Numbered from the stretch's first letter, positions 49,440-62,453 are shown. The stretch is 64,000 nt of DNA from Blepharisma stoltei ATCC 30299 (GCA_965603825.1 CBFDEM010000044.1:186001-250000); one strand, 5' to 3'. Notes: generated by a model from the sequence alone, not told the origin. Numbers and translations are program-made.

Positions 49440-50954
49440 ATGAGTACCTTAGGAAAATTCTTCACAAATCTATCAAGCGCAATGTCAATGAATAAAGCAA
49501 CTCTATCTGGTGCTTTAGACGTAATCGTCATTCAACATCCAGATGATTCCTTTCATGCTACTCCATTTCATGTTAGATTTGGTCGTCTAAAACTGTTGAA
49601 AAGCAGTGCAAAAACTATAAAGGTCTATATCAATGGAAAACAAACACACATTCGTATGAAGCTTGATGAAGAAGGAGAAGCCTATTTCGTTGAGCCTTCA
49701 GTAGGAGAAATTGAAGAAAATTTAAAATGCTCCCCAATTTCTAGCCCAAAGCTAATTAAAGGAGAAAAAACTGGCGACTCAAGCCCTATAAAGGTTGAAG
49801 AAAGCCTTGGGCCTGTACGAAAGAGTGGGGCATTTGAGCGATTAAGAGTCTCCAAGCTCTTTATAGGAGGACAAATTTTACCAATGCGAGGAGATGATTG
49901 TGAAGAAGTTGACCCAGGCGAAGACCTAGAACCATCCACTGATAATTATGAATCTGATGGAAACCAAGTCGATATCTCGCTTTGTGGAGATTTGGTAAAA
50001 AACCCTGATACTGATTTAGAAGAAATTTTTATAAAGCATCGAATCCCATTCAGTGAATTCAAAACAAATCCATGAGCAGTCATAAATGATCCAAGACTTA
50101 TGATAAAAATTGACAATAAACTGTATGGAAAAGAAGAAGGGATCCCTCTAGTTCTAGCTTTGCTTATTTATAAACAATCTCTAAATGATGAAGAAAGCTA
50201 CATTGTAGAATCACCTAAAAAGGAATTTGAAGTCCAAAGACCAGCTGATACTACAGTCTACAAAAAAAGTATTATGCTAGATTCTGATAGTCTTCGCTCA
50301 TTGGGGCTAAAAGGAGGCAGCAATGATATTACATATATAGTAGAAAGTAAATTGCAAGGAATGCAATCAATTCAAGGAAAAATTTATTTGTGGGATTCTA
50401 GCTGTAAGATTGTAATTTCTGATGTTGATGGGACAATCACAAAATCTGACGTACTTGGACAGTTGTTACCGATTATAGGAAAAGATTGGAGTCATCCAGG
50501 TGTTGTGAATTTATATAATGATATTACAGCAAATGGGTATAAAATTCTTTATCTGTCTTCAAGGGCAATTGGGCAAGCTCCGAAAACAAAAGAATATTTG
50601 GCATCACTTAGAGAGAATAATCGTGGGCTACCAGAAGGCCCAGTTATATTATCCCCAGACCGTCTTTTTAAGTCATTTGTACGAGAAGTCATCAAGAGAG
50701 AACCACAAAATTTTAAGACCCCAGCACTAACAGAAGTTTTAACTCTTTTTCCAGAAGATGTCAACCCATTTTATGCAGGCTTTGGCAACCGTGATACAGA
50801 TGCTATTGCATACAGAGCAGTTGGTATACCTATGGATAGGATTTTTATAATCAATCCAGTCGGAAAGATCTTTGTATTTGACAATTCCTATATAAATTCC
50901 TACCCAGAACTCAATGCAGCAGTTTCCGAGAAGTTCCCTTTAATTGTGTGTTAA
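49440..50954 (+). CDS. PAH1: Lipin/Pah1 phosphatidate phosphatase
   Basis: N-LIP (ATLSGALDVIV..TPFHVRFG), mid domain NP-W(TGA 50073), C-LIP SDVDGTITKSD, GFGNR. Confidence 0.95.
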
Positions 50955-51002
50955 TTAAACCAGATTACGATAACTCTTTTAAAAGTAAATTAGTATCCAT
51001 AA

Positions 51003-51431
51003 ATGGCAGGCAAAAAAGGTGAGGCCAAGAAGACAGCGAAAGCAATCCGCAAAGGAGACAAACAACAAAAGCACAAGAGGGTAACAAGCGTGAGGTTCAG
51101 AAGACCAGACACCAAAGTTGTATCACGAACCCCTAAATACGCCCGCAAGAGTCTTCCAGGCAAGACAAGACTGGACAAGTTCTCAACCATCACAATGCCA
51201 CTCGCCACTGAAAAGGCCTTAAAGACAATTGAGGATCACAATACTTTGGTTTTCTTAGCTCATCCTATGGCTAATAAGAAGCAAATTAAGGATGCAGCAG
51301 AGAAACTTTATAACATCAAGGTTGCCAAAGTCAACACTTTAATCAGGCCTGACGGGAAGAAAAAAGCTTTCATTAAAGTGTCACCTGAATACGAAGGCCT
51401 TGATATCGCAAACAAGATAGGCATTATCTAA
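51003..51431 (+). CDS. RPL23A: 60S ribosomal protein L23a (uL23)
   Basis: [38 protein letters not shown]. Confidence 0.97.
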   Translation: MAGKKGEAKKTAKAIRKGDKQQKHKRVTSVRFRRPDTKVVSRTPKYARKSLPGKTRLDKFSTITMPLATEKALKTIEDHNTLVFLAHPMANKKQIKDAAEKLYNIKVAKVNTLIRPDGKKKAFIKVSPEYEGLDIANKIGII

Positions 51432-51691
51432 TTTATAGAGTTATTTGGGCTTATATAAGTTTTACTGCTAATTTAAGAATAAATCAGCTGGATCTTGCTT
51501 TTTATATGATCAGCTAGAGCATAGCAAGACTACTTCCACAAGAATTCTTTTTGGTAGATTTTAGCATAGATATGACGTAGATAATAGAGTGTTTTCTGTT
51601 AAGTTGCTGCTTTAAATGAGCATTTCAACGATCTTTGATTAAATTGCGTAGTCAATGTCTTAATATTCCTCACCATATCAACCATTAATAA

Positions 51692-52081
<390 letters not shown>

Positions 52082-52564
52082 ATTTCTCGTCTTTATCTTA
52101 TTTTAGGCTAATTATAAAATTATGGGCTGATAAGGAGATTTCTTTGTAGAGCCAGTCTTTGTGATATAAGATTTTAACTGGATCTTTGATTTGAATTTTC
52201 TTTGTGATATAAATTTTTTTAAATCATTATAAATGAATTACCAGACAGAAGAGTCAATTCTTTAGGCTTCGCTTATATGAAAAATAAGTCATGATAAAAC
52301 ATATAAGAAATTTGAAAAATAAAAGAATATTTATTTTTCTTTATAGAGTTTGTGTGCCAGAGATTGAAAACTTAATTATTAAGTTTTAAATATAATAAAG
52401 ATTAGCAATATATCAGAAAATTAAAATGCACGTGATAATCTCTTTAGAAAGATTTTATTTTTCCTTTGTGATATGGCTATACTCTAAATTTGATAAAATA
52501 ATTATTTTTTTAATTTAATTTCTTCAAAAATCTAAATGATGATAAATAAATCTCAAAACAAAAA

Positions 52565-53485
52565 ATGGACCCATCTGCAGATGATTCATTGTTGAAAGAA
52601 GAAACAATTTTGAATTTAAATAAGCAAGCCCTCGAAAACTTGCACAACCCAAGCACCGCTTTATCAAATCTGCAACAAGCAGAACGAATTTTGCTTGAAA
52701 ATGCATCACAAAATCTTAAAAACCGTTTAAAGCTAATGGCTTTAACATTTAATAACTTTGCCTGCTACTATAAGCGAATGAATCAGCCTAACGTGGCTCT
52801 GCTATATTTAAACCAAGCGTCAAAGCTGGAATATCAAACTTTATCAAGCCCAATTGACCTGGCATCGACACAACTTAATTTATGTGCAATAAACTCACAA
52901 TTAGGCAGACATGCAGCAGCACTTGAAAATGCTAAACAAGCAATAAAGTTCTTTAGCCAGGTTAATGAAAACGAGCTCAGCAGCAACGAAATTAGTAAAA
53001 TTGTTGCTGCTTATTTTAATGCTGGCACTGAATTTGAATATACTTATAACCTTGAAGAAGCTTTTGAGCATATGCAGAAAGGATTTGAACTGGGAAAAAA
53101 ATATTTGCATTTGAATCACCCTTTAGTGAAAAATATATGCAAAAGTTTAAATAATCTGAAGGAAAGAAAAGAAAGACTTAAATTGTTGGCTGATGAAAGG
53201 AAATCTGAAAGAAAAATGCAAAAAATTATATCTCAAAGCATTAGCCCTCCTCCATTAAATAGGAATACTGGAGGATTATCAAAAAAATCCACCTCAAAAA
53301 GGCATTTTGCATCATTTGGCCAAACAATGGTTTCGCCTAAGTATAACCCTTTGAAACTACCGATTACTATGACAATGAGACATGATAGGCTAATAAAGAG
53401 AGATATTGACGTTGGATTGAAGGTATATCTTATGGATAATGATTCAAAGCATAGAACTCCACATAACGTAAGAAGCATCGAATAA
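52565..53485 (+). CDS. TPR-repeat protein
   Basis: ALTFNNFACYY..ALLYL, TQLNLCAI.SQLGRH..AL, AYFNAG.E.E. Confidence 0.8.
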   Translation: MDPSADDSLLKEETILNLNKQALENLHNPSTALSNLQQAERILLENASQNLKNRLKLMALTFNNFACYYKRMNQPNVALLYLNQASKLEYQTLSSPIDLASTQLNLCAINSQLGRHAAALENAKQAIKFFSQVNENELSSNEISKIVAAYFNAGTEFEYTYNLEEAFEHMQKGFELGKKYLHLNHPLVKNICKSLNNLKERKERLKLLADERKSERKMQKIISQSISPPPLNRNTGGLSKKSTSKRHFASFGQTMVSPKYNPLKLPITMTMRHDRLIKRDIDVGLKVYLMDNDSKHRTPHNVRSIE

Positions 53486-54006
53486 ATATTTTCGTTAAGG
53501 TCGAGTATATAAGAAAATTACTAAATAATACAATTGAAGCTATTTTTATAAATTGGGTAGAGATATTTTATAATATGCGCAGCAGTAATTACTTTTACAC
53601 AACTTCTCTATGTAAGGGAATAACTATTGTCTACAATTTTGACTTTTTCCAGAGCTGATAACTGAGCAAATTAATTAAATATTCTAATATCTAAACTTTT
53701 AAAATATTTTATACAGTTATTGGTTTTGGTTAGTTAAACTCTATATTAATTTTAGATAATTTGCATTTTTAAATTGCATAGCCCAAATCTTAGACATAGA
53801 CATTCCATTATAAAAGCAAAGGAAAAAGAATTATGATAATTACTTTTCATAAATAAGTAGCATTAACCTATGCTTTTGTGTTTCATCTATATAATTCATT
53901 GTTTATAAAGATTTGAATAAAAATGGACGTGTTTTATAGGTTCTAATCAGTTTAATATTAATTTACATGTTTGCGAACAAATTACTTCGCGATTATTTCA
54001 TTAGTC

Positions 54007-55137
54007 CTAAATCTTATCAATCAATTTTGCACTATCAATCTCAACCATAATTGGCACAGGTGAAAACGGAGATTCATCTTTTGCTGAAAGGCATGGGCTT
54101 TTTTCAAATTTTTTAAATGAGCTTGATCTTGAAAATGAAATCTCTTCAGAAATTCCTTGAAACCCTTTTGGTGGGTTTTCATCAGCATCAGCCATCATAT
54201 TCAAGATATCTAAGCGTTTCTCACTTTGAGTCGCATCAATAATAGGCGGTGGCCGATTTTTCAGTTTTTTTCCATCAAGCTGCTCAAGCTTCCTTACAGC
54301 AGCTCTGATCCATTTAACATAATGATATTGGGGCCATTTCTTTTGGATTTCTCTGACTTCTTCTCTCATTGTAGCTTTAAGTCTTCTCCAAGTTTGCTTT
54401 AGTAAAGATAGCGCAGGTGGCTTATCTTTGAATTCTTTTAAAATCTTATCCCAGTCTCCCAAATGTTTTTGGATCGCCCTTAGTAGGGTGATTTTATCCT
54501 GATTTCCAAGCTCATCGTCAATAGGTGGGTCAAGGGCTACTATTTCAGGCACAATTTGTTTAGCTACTGATCTATAACTAGGAAATTGTGGCATAGGGGA
54601 TTTTGATAACTCTTGAGCCCTCTTTATAATTTCTCTTCTACTGAAATGATTGGGAGAAGGATTCGCTTGAACCTCTTTCAAGAAATCTAGAATATCCAAG
54701 GTACTTTTTGATACAGGGGTGTATGTGTTATAAATTTGAAACCTAGAATTAGCCAGCTCCTCTTGCTCTATGTCTTCTCGATTCCAAACCAAATCAAATC
54801 GCTTTTTACTTTCCGCAAACTCTGCTTATCTCTTACTTTTTTTGTGCTTGTGAGGGTCAAGAATGAATTCCTGAAAGAGTTCCTTGCATTCATTTTTGGA
54901 AATCTGGCCTCCAGTTTGTTCTGACACTTGAGAGAGGGCAATTTCGATATCTTCAGTGGTGAATGGGTCCACGCTTTTGATGAGAACTTCCATAAAGGTG
55001 CGAAATCGGCTGAGTTTTTGAAGATCTTCAGCTGTGGCGACTCTTTTGCGTCCATCTTCGTCTTTTTTGGACCAGCGGCCTCTCTACTTGAAAGTCACCT
55101 TCTTAGGGAGTTTGCCTCCTTTGTCACTTTGGTTCAT
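54007..55137 (-). CDS. Myb/SANT-like domain protein
   Basis: Introns 55084-55098 and 54822-54836 give MNQSDKGGKLPKKRGRWS...; later LLRAIQKHLGDWDKI..LKQTWRRLK. Confidence 0.65.
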
Positions 55138-55585
55138 GGTTAAATATGGTGAATCTCGACTGTTTCCTTTCTAGGAGTGCTCAGAATAGTAATTGGAATC
55201 CTAAAATGCATAAAGGGACTTTAGGATAATATTCGAAGATTTGTAAAAAAGGAATGAAGAGGGTGAAAATTAGATTTTTGAAAAACAGAAAAAGAATTAT
55301 GGACCCTTTCCACGAATTTTTAGCAAGAAATAAACACTTATGGGCTTCTGCAAGCTTTGCCAAAATTTTTTGGCAGCATTGGAATTATCGTAATTGCGGT
55401 GATTAAGAAAAAAAGATTGGCTGAAAAGGACTGCTAATAATCTACGAACATATAATTATTAGTTAATTTAAACTATGAAGCGATCAGCAAAAAATAATTG
55501 CCAAGCTTTTAAAAATGGAAAATTTAGCTTAAAGGCTGGGTTTAGGCATTTTACATAAAACTGTGTATTTTAGATTAAAATTATC

Positions 55586-57238
55586 ATGGAAGTAAAAACG
55601 GAAGAAATTTCTAAAGATGATCCACCAACTCCTATGAGTTTACCATTCAAGCCAGCAGAGCTTCCAAAAAGACCTACAATTCCTCACTTACCTCTTGAAA
55701 AAGCAAAAAAATACATCCAAGAATCAGGCGGCTCTGCCCCAAAATCATCTGGAAAGCCAGTTCAATCAGAAACCTCACTCAAAGACTCCTCAGACTGGTC
55801 AATTGACAAGTCTCCTTGGGGATTTGATCCGAATTCAATAATGAAAGAGACTTCACCAATCCTAAAGAACACAAAATCTGACCAAAACTCCACTGAACTT
55901 ATTAACGAAATTGAAGCTTTTTTGCATGATATCAAAAAACAAACCACTGAAAGCAAGTCTTTATCATCTGGGTCTTATAGAGACAAGCTTAATCAATTTA
56001 GAAAAGATTTAGAAATAAAACGGCAAGAAAATAAATATAAAAAGGCAGAAAAGCCAGGTGAGAGTAGGCTACTTAAGCATTTGGAGAAAAATATTAAAGA
56101 AGATTTTAAGGAACTTCACCAGGCCATTTCGCAGATTTCGGCTAAAGATGTGGTGTCAGTTAGAGGGATAACAAACCCAAATCCAAGCATTGAAATGATA
56201 GGGATCATATTTTTGTTAATTTTTAATCAACAAATACCCAGATTTCATCCATGGGAAGCTTTTGTACCTTTTATAGCTCAGCCAGGACTTGTGATTCAGA
56301 GGCTGAGGGCTTTGCCATTAGCAATTGATAATAAAGAAATAGGTGATGATATGATGTATCAAGTAAAAAAATTAGTTAAAGAAATAGATCCAAATGAATT
56401 AGCTGAATATAATTCGGCTCAGCTCTTATATCAAGTTCTCGTCGAAATAAGCAAGTTTTGCAGAGTTTCTGTATCAGATTCCAGCATCCCTCTTTCTTTA
56501 AATACAGCTAAAGACGTTTCTAAGCCAGCCCCTAAAAACCCATTTAAAGAAAAACCAAAGCCTCTACAGATCCAATCTAAACCTCAATCAAAACCTACAT
56601 CTCCTGCACAACCTCTCAGCCCCAAAGAAATATTAGACTCAGAAAACCCTGACCTCATAAAAAAGCTAATCCAAGAAGAACAGCAAGCTGTAGTAAAGCT
56701 AAGGGGAGCTCAAAAAAAAGCTTATTGGGATGAAAAAAGATTCACAAAGTCTGAAATTATCCTTGAAGAGAAGCTTCAAGAAGAAAGGGAATTTCAATAT
56801 GACAAAGCTATGAAAGATCATTATGAAAAACTTGACAGAGAAAATGAATTCAAAATGCAGAAAGAAACCAAAGAATTCCAAGATGAAGAATTTATTGATA
56901 ATAGGATGATCAAAAACTTTAAAAAAGAAGAAGCAAAAATGGAATTGCTTGATGATATTCAAAGGGAAGAGGAAAGGATTAATTGGAATTATGAGAAACA
57001 GAAGAAGGAAAAGGAAAAGAAAATAAAAGAGCTCAGAGAAGTAGCTGAAAAAGTGAAAGAGGAAAGAAAAAGTAAAATAGATAGCGCAAAAATTAAGAGA
57101 AAGGAAGAAAAAAAGAAGAGAAAGGAGAATGAGATTTTTGAGCTCAAATATTTGTATATGAAAACTATTCAAGAAAAGGAGCAAATTTCGAAAGAATTAG
57201 AATTATATAATAAACAAAATAGAACAAGTTTAGTTTAA
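55586..57238 (+). CDS. Coiled-coil protein with dynein MTBD-like segment
   Basis: Intact 550-aa ORF; ISAKDVVSVRGITNP..IEMI..W..F..PG segment; KE-rich tail. Confidence 0.6.
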   Translation: MEVKTEEISKDDPPTPMSLPFKPAELPKRPTIPHLPLEKAKKYIQESGGSAPKSSGKPVQSETSLKDSSDWSIDKSPWGFDPNSIMKETSPILKNTKSDQNSTELINEIEAFLHDIKKQTTESKSLSSGSYRDKLNQFRKDLEIKRQENKYKKAEKPGESRLLKHLEKNIKEDFKELHQAISQISAKDVVSVRGITNPNPSIEMIGIIFLLIFNQQIPRFHPWEAFVPFIAQPGLVIQRLRALPLAIDNKEIGDDMMYQVKKLVKEIDPNELAEYNSAQLLYQVLVEISKFCRVSVSDSSIPLSLNTAKDVSKPAPKNPFKEKPKPLQIQSKPQSKPTSPAQPLSPKEILDSENPDLIKKLIQEEQQAVVKLRGAQKKAYWDEKRFTKSEIILEEKLQEEREFQYDKAMKDHYEKLDRENEFKMQKETKEFQDEEFIDNRMIKNFKKEEAKMELLDDIQREEERINWNYEKQKKEKEKKIKELREVAEKVKEERKSKIDSAKIKRKEEKKKRKENEIFELKYLYMKTIQEKEQISKELELYNKQNRTSLV

Positions 57239-57888
57239 AACTAAATCTGTATTTAAATTTGTGCGATAGATATAATGATATTGTGTTTCTTTTTGAAAAA
57301 ATATTAATAATCTTTTAAATTAATAACGAAGATAATTTTAATTCGATATTGAGTGCCGAACCTTTCAGATTATTTAATCAAATACCTCACCAAGAAAATT
57401 TTGCAAGATAAAATTGTAATAAAAATTTGTTTCTAAATAACTTTTGCTCCCAATTTTCCATTTTTGTGTTAATTTCGTACAAACGCTTACAAAACTCACA
57501 TTTGTAGATGGCTCTGCTGTGAAAATGCCGGAGAAATTACATGACTAATCTGGCATATATGCCAAATAACTTTTTATATCTTCGACTTCAAGAATTCTTA
57601 CTAGACATCAAATTGTTTTCACCACTTAAATTTTCATTCCCAAATCATTTCTCAGATTTTTAATTCAAACCTAATTAAGCCCATAATGATCTTTCTCTAT
57701 ATACAACTCTCATCAGAACAATTAATGAGTTATTATACTAAAGTTGATTAATTACTTAAATAGAAAATTCTTGAGAAATGGAGCTGATTTAAACCGCGCC
57801 ACTTTCAAGTCTCAAATAAGTAAAGAGGAAATCCTTTAAAAATTTTTGATTTAATGAATCTAGTTACTTACCAACACGCTATTAGAAT

Positions 57889-58185
57889 TTATTGATTTGC
57901 CATAAGTTCTAAAACTTGCCTGATCAAAACTTTAAACTCATCTAAACTGATCCTTCCGTCTCGATTTGTATCGAGCTCCCTGAGAACGTCCCTTACATCT
58001 GAATCTGAGGGTGAGTCCATGCCAATATCTCCTGCTACGCTGCACATAACTTGTTTGAGTTCTGGCTCATCAATGAATCCAGATCTATCTGTATCAACTG
58101 CATCAAAGGCTGCTTTTGCGATATCATGAAGCTTTCTATCATCTCTGAGAATAGCCTGAATTTCTTGAGGAGTTGCTGATGCCAT
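57889..58185 (-). CDS. Small two-EF-hand calcium-binding protein
   Basis: DTDRSGFIDEPE and DTNRDGRISLDE loops. Confidence 0.9.
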   Translation of the reverse strand: MASATPQEIQAILRDDRKLHDIAKAAFDAVDTDRSGFIDEPELKQVMCSVAGDIGMDSPSDSDVRDVLRELDTNRDGRISLDEFKVLIRQVLELMANQ

Positions 58186-58405
58186 TTTATTATTATTGAA
58201 CTGGACATATCTAATTAATAAACTGTTTAAGTTCAATTAAAGTTTCCTCCTTTAGGCGATAATTAAAAATTAATCTTTAATTAAAATAAATTATTTTACA
58301 TAATTTTTAACAGAAAAAACTGTCTGGCTATTGCGGTGTTTATAGGGCGAAAAACTATTATAATTAGTTTGCTGTTTTGATTAAAAAAATAATAAATTAA
58401 GCAAA

Positions 58406-58831
58406 ATGGGAAATCAATGTTGCAGTGGAAGGAGCAGAGTGCCGACCACAAATATTCCTGAGGGTATTTTAGAAAAGCATTCTTTAGAAACAAATAGGAC
58501 CGCTAGCACAAGAAATACATGGACGTTAAGGTAAAATATATAAAGATCAAGAGAAGTTGAAAGCGTTCAGATTTCAACTGAAGATAATGCGCTAAAAGTA
58601 ATTAGCGAAAATGAAGGTAGAAGCAGCCCAACTAGAAGTGGAAGATGCCCTTATTGCAATTCAACACAAACAATAACCAGCAAACTGAAGCATCTAGAAT
58701 GCACCAGCTGCAAACAAATCTGTATGCAAGACGGATGCACTTCAACTCTCTATAAGTAACTTCCACATAGAGTCCCTCCTGGAAGCTCTTTATTCAGATT
58801 CAATTCCCCTAAACGGAACGAAAATTCCTAA
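58406..58831 (+). CDS. Small putatively acylated zinc-ribbon protein (absent from ORF track)
   Basis: MGNQCCS; CPYC..CTSC; 15-nt introns 58531-58545 and 58756-58770. Confidence 0.65.
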
Positions 58832-58928
58832 CCTTCACCATGTACAACTTATTTTTCTAATAGAAAATCCAATTTAAACCTAACTTTAATTCCTCACGAG
58901 TCTTATTTCATCATCCAATGATTATTTA

Positions 58929-59426
58929 TTATGCCTTCAAAGCAGCTTTAGGAACGCTTTCTTGGTTCTCTGTAGCGATGATTTCGATATGGCAGTTTGA
59001 GCTTAAGTAAGGCTTGATTCCACCGTGGGCTCTGAAGGTTTTTCTTCTTCCTTTTTGTGCTCTGTTGACTTGTACGTGCCACAGCGACATGTTTTCCACA
59101 TCCAGTCCTTTGCTATCAGCGCTAGCTTCAAGATTCCTCAGCAGATCCAGCACAACTTTGCAAGACTTCTCAGGCCATCTTCCTTGTGTGCATCCCCATT
59201 GCTTGGCTTGTGCGTGCCTTCCTACGCCTCCGTGATATCTCCTGAATGGAACGATTTGTTTTTGTTCAATGACATCTTCTAGGAATCCTTTGGCTTTCTT
59301 GAGAGGCATCCCTCTGATTGCGGCAGCCACTTCAAATGTATTTTTGAAATGCACGCGGAGGTCACTGCCTTTGGTGGAGCAAGATTTAGCTGGGACTGCT
59401 GGTGACCGTGAATAGCTCTTTACCAT
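58929..59426 (-). CDS. RPL17: 60S ribosomal protein L17 (uL22)
   Basis: [30 protein letters not shown]. Confidence 0.97.
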   Translation of the reverse strand: MVKSYSRSPAVPAKSCSTKGSDLRVHFKNTFEVAAAIRGMPLKKAKGFLEDVIEQKQIVPFRRYHGGVGRHAQAKQWGCTQGRWPEKSCKVVLDLLRNLEASADSKGLDVENMSLWHVQVNRAQKGRRKTFRAHGGIKPYLSSNCHIEIIATENQESVPKAALKA

Positions 59427-59526
59427 TTATTTGATACCATAGTTATCAGAGTTTAGTTAATTTTAAGAGTGATGGCGTTCTTTGGAGTTTAGCTTAAGCA
59501 GAAGGGCTTTGTTGAGCATTATTGGA

Positions 59527-60084
59527 CTATGGTTTTAGCCAGGTTGGCTGGCAATTACTTCCTAGGACTTCTTGAGCAAGGATTCAGAAAAGCTGATTTA
59601 TATTTGAACCAGTTTTGGCACTAACTTCCATATATTGAACGTTTAAATAGTTAGCCTTGGCTAGACATTCTTCAAAAGAGACAACTCGTCTATGCACTAA
59701 ATCGATTTTATTTCCAACTAGCATAATGATTAAATCACTGCCTCGCTCATCTCTTACATTATGAACTCATTTTTCAATGTTATTAAAGCTAGAAAGTAGA
59801 GAAATATCGAAAATAATGATAGCTGCATCACAATCTCTAATATATTCAGGGATTTCAGGTCTGAGTAGTTGATCAGATGATGTGTCTAATAATCGTAAAG
59901 AAAATTTTTTACCATTAATTGGCATTGTTTTAAATAGAATATCAGGGCCAAAATGACTCTTAGGAACTTGCCCAAATTCTTTATATACATATTGATAAGC
60001 AACAGAGGTTCTTCCTACTCCCGCATCTCCTAAAATCAAAAATATATACGGTTTTAGATATGTAGCTCGACCTCCATTTTGCAT
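59527..60084 (-). CDS. Divergent Rab-like (Rab6-related) small GTPase
   Basis: [20 protein letters not shown](TGA)[11 protein letters not shown], GNKID, EVSAKTG. Confidence 0.85.
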
Positions 60085-60235
60085 CACTTCAATTATATAT
60101 TCAACTAAATTAAAAATTAGAACTCATTAAAAAATTTGAATATCATAGCATTTAGGACTGCTAAAAACAAATATTTTTTTGTCGATTAGTTTTATAAGAG
60201 AGATTATTCGATCTTTCATATTTAATAAATTTCTG

Positions 60236-61771
60236 ATGGAGTCTAAAAAATCTTCCAATAAGATAACTATCTCAAGAAGTGCTTTAAATAGAAACAACAT
60301 GCCTTTCATTGCACCCCCTCAAGCTCCTGTAATTTCATTCGCTGATGACGAAGTTATCCAAATCACTCATTCCTCCGAAGAAGCAAAAGCTGCACTTTCA
60401 AAAAACGCGAAATTAAACCTTTCGATGAGGTTTGCCATGAACTATTTACAGTTGAACAGCAGAGAGAACCAAGAAATCCCATGCGAGCTTATATTAGAAG
60501 CTGTTGACGAAGCTGGAACAAGCAACCCTAATGCTTCTAGAGGAAGGCCAGGGGTCGATATCGTCTGTGCAATCGATATAAGTGGCAGTATGAGAGGCTC
60601 AAAGCTCGATCTCGTTAAAAGAACCCTTGAATTTATGATTGACAAGCTCAGCGATAATGATAGAGTTTCTCTTGTAACGTTCAATAACCAATCCAAGAGA
60701 TTATGCCCATTAACTGCAATGACTCCACAAGGAAAAGGCAGACTCAGAGCCATTGTGGGCCAAATTCAAGCTTTTGCTGGGACTGAAATTGTAGAAGGCC
60801 TATTAACTTCGTTAAATATTTTGGCACAAAGAAGAATCACGAATTCAGTTTCATCGATTGTGCTTTTGTCTGATGGAAATGATAATAACACTCATAGCGC
60901 TATGGGAAGAACTAAATCTGCATTAATTGAAGTAGGTAGCCTTATATCATCAGGATATTCAATCCATACATTTGGGTATGGAGCAGACCATGACCCTAAC
61001 CTCTTAAACTCTATGGCTGAAGAAAAAAATGGTGGCTTTTATTTTGTGGAAAGAGATGAACTTATTGGAGAAGCCTTTTCTAGCTGCTTAGGAGAGCTTA
61101 TTTCTGTGGTTGCTGACAATGTACAGATTTCTTTACAAACATTGCAAACTGATATAAGATTTGCTTTGACAAAAGTTTATAGTGAAAGCGGTGACCAAAG
61201 CTTCAGGTTTCCACCTATTTTATCTGGCGATAAAAAAGAAGCAATTTTTTTACTTAACTTTTTCCCTACAATTGATGCAGTGCCAAAGGGTCATCAAATT
61301 CAGCCTGTGAAAGCTACTGTTCAATATAGGCTTACAAGGTCTGGCCATGTTATAAGAGAAGAATCATTTTTGCAGATACCGATTATTAATGAAAGCGAAA
61401 TTGTCAATGAAATTGAACTTGATGAAGATGTGATGGTCAATTTTTATAGAGTAAAGGCTGCAGATATACTTAAAGAAGCGGGAGAATATGGGGAGCGAAA
61501 TAACATGGAAGCGGCGAGAGAATGCTTGTTGAGAGGAGCTAATGAACTGAAAAATTGTGTGGTAGCTGGGCATGAAGTTATTCAGGTGCTGATTTCTGAT
61601 CTTGAAAAAGCGGTGAATAGGTTTGTAAGTGTGGATGCGTGGGAACATGGAGGAAAAGCTGAAATGAAAAGCAAAGCAAGGAACCATTGGGCGAAAAGAG
61701 GGCCTGATGTAGCTTCATATCAAAATTGTGTCCAGAAAGCGTTTAATCTTGAATCTAAGAATTATTATTAA
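60236..61771 (+). CDS. VWA-domain protein
   Basis: MIDAS DISGS, GTEI, LLSDG, IHTFGYG. Confidence 0.9.
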   Translation: MESKKSSNKITISRSALNRNNMPFIAPPQAPVISFADDEVIQITHSSEEAKAALSKNAKLNLSMRFAMNYLQLNSRENQEIPCELILEAVDEAGTSNPNASRGRPGVDIVCAIDISGSMRGSKLDLVKRTLEFMIDKLSDNDRVSLVTFNNQSKRLCPLTAMTPQGKGRLRAIVGQIQAFAGTEIVEGLLTSLNILAQRRITNSVSSIVLLSDGNDNNTHSAMGRTKSALIEVGSLISSGYSIHTFGYGADHDPNLLNSMAEEKNGGFYFVERDELIGEAFSSCLGELISVVADNVQISLQTLQTDIRFALTKVYSESGDQSFRFPPILSGDKKEAIFLLNFFPTIDAVPKGHQIQPVKATVQYRLTRSGHVIREESFLQIPIINESEIVNEIELDEDVMVNFYRVKAADILKEAGEYGERNNMEAARECLLRGANELKNCVVAGHEVIQVLISDLEKAVNRFVSVDAWEHGGKAEMKSKARNHWAKRGPDVASYQNCVQKAFNLESKNYY

Positions 61772-61882
61772 ATTTTAATTTAAGCAAGTTCTTATATAAT
61801 AACTATCCTTAGTTGATAATTTATATAAAATTAGATATGACTATTTTCAATTGATTAATAATTAAGACATTAAAAAATCTCT

Positions 61883-62440
61883 ATGTTAGCAAAAGATTTT
61901 TTTACAAAGCTTGTGAATTCTGAAGCTTTAGAAAATAGCTTAAAAGGGAGACAGTTTTTGCTAGACAACTATATAGAGCCTCGACCTCCGAAACCAAAAA
62001 AAGGTCCAGGTAAAACTATCCTTGAAATTCCGAAAGAAGAACAAAAATACGATCTTTATATTAGGCTTCATGAAATGTGAAAAGAATATCTCGCAGACCT
62101 CCTTGATAATAATTTCAATCCTAAAAACATCCAGACAAGGCTCCTTAAAGCAGACATGCATGGAGCCAAAATCTCAGTCTGAAAAGCCAGCTGCAAAAGC
62201 TACGAAGGACAAAAAGGTATTATTTTACATGAAACATTAAGAGCTTTCAAAGTAATAACCCCTGAAAACGAAATAAAAAGTAAAAACTAATCAGTGTTCC
62301 TAAAAAAAGATGCAATTTTCTTGCTTGAAATTGGAGATAAAGTAATCAAGCTGTTCGGAGAAGGGTTTCAATACAGAGCAGCTGATAGAGCAAAAATTAG
62401 ATGGAAGCAGCGTGATAAATTAAAGATGATGAAATCATAA
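61883..62440 (+). CDS. POP4: RNase P/MRP subunit POP4/Rpp29
   Basis: LHEM-W(TGA)-KEY, LLKADMHGAKISV, GIILHET, FQYRAADR; intron 62280-62294. Confidence 0.88.
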
Positions 62441-62453
62441 AGTTTAAGCCTAA

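Noticed and set aside
54768-55055. 95-aa ORF suggesting a programmed frameshift
   Set aside because: Wrong frame; two 15-nt introns give a continuous gene in the downstream frame
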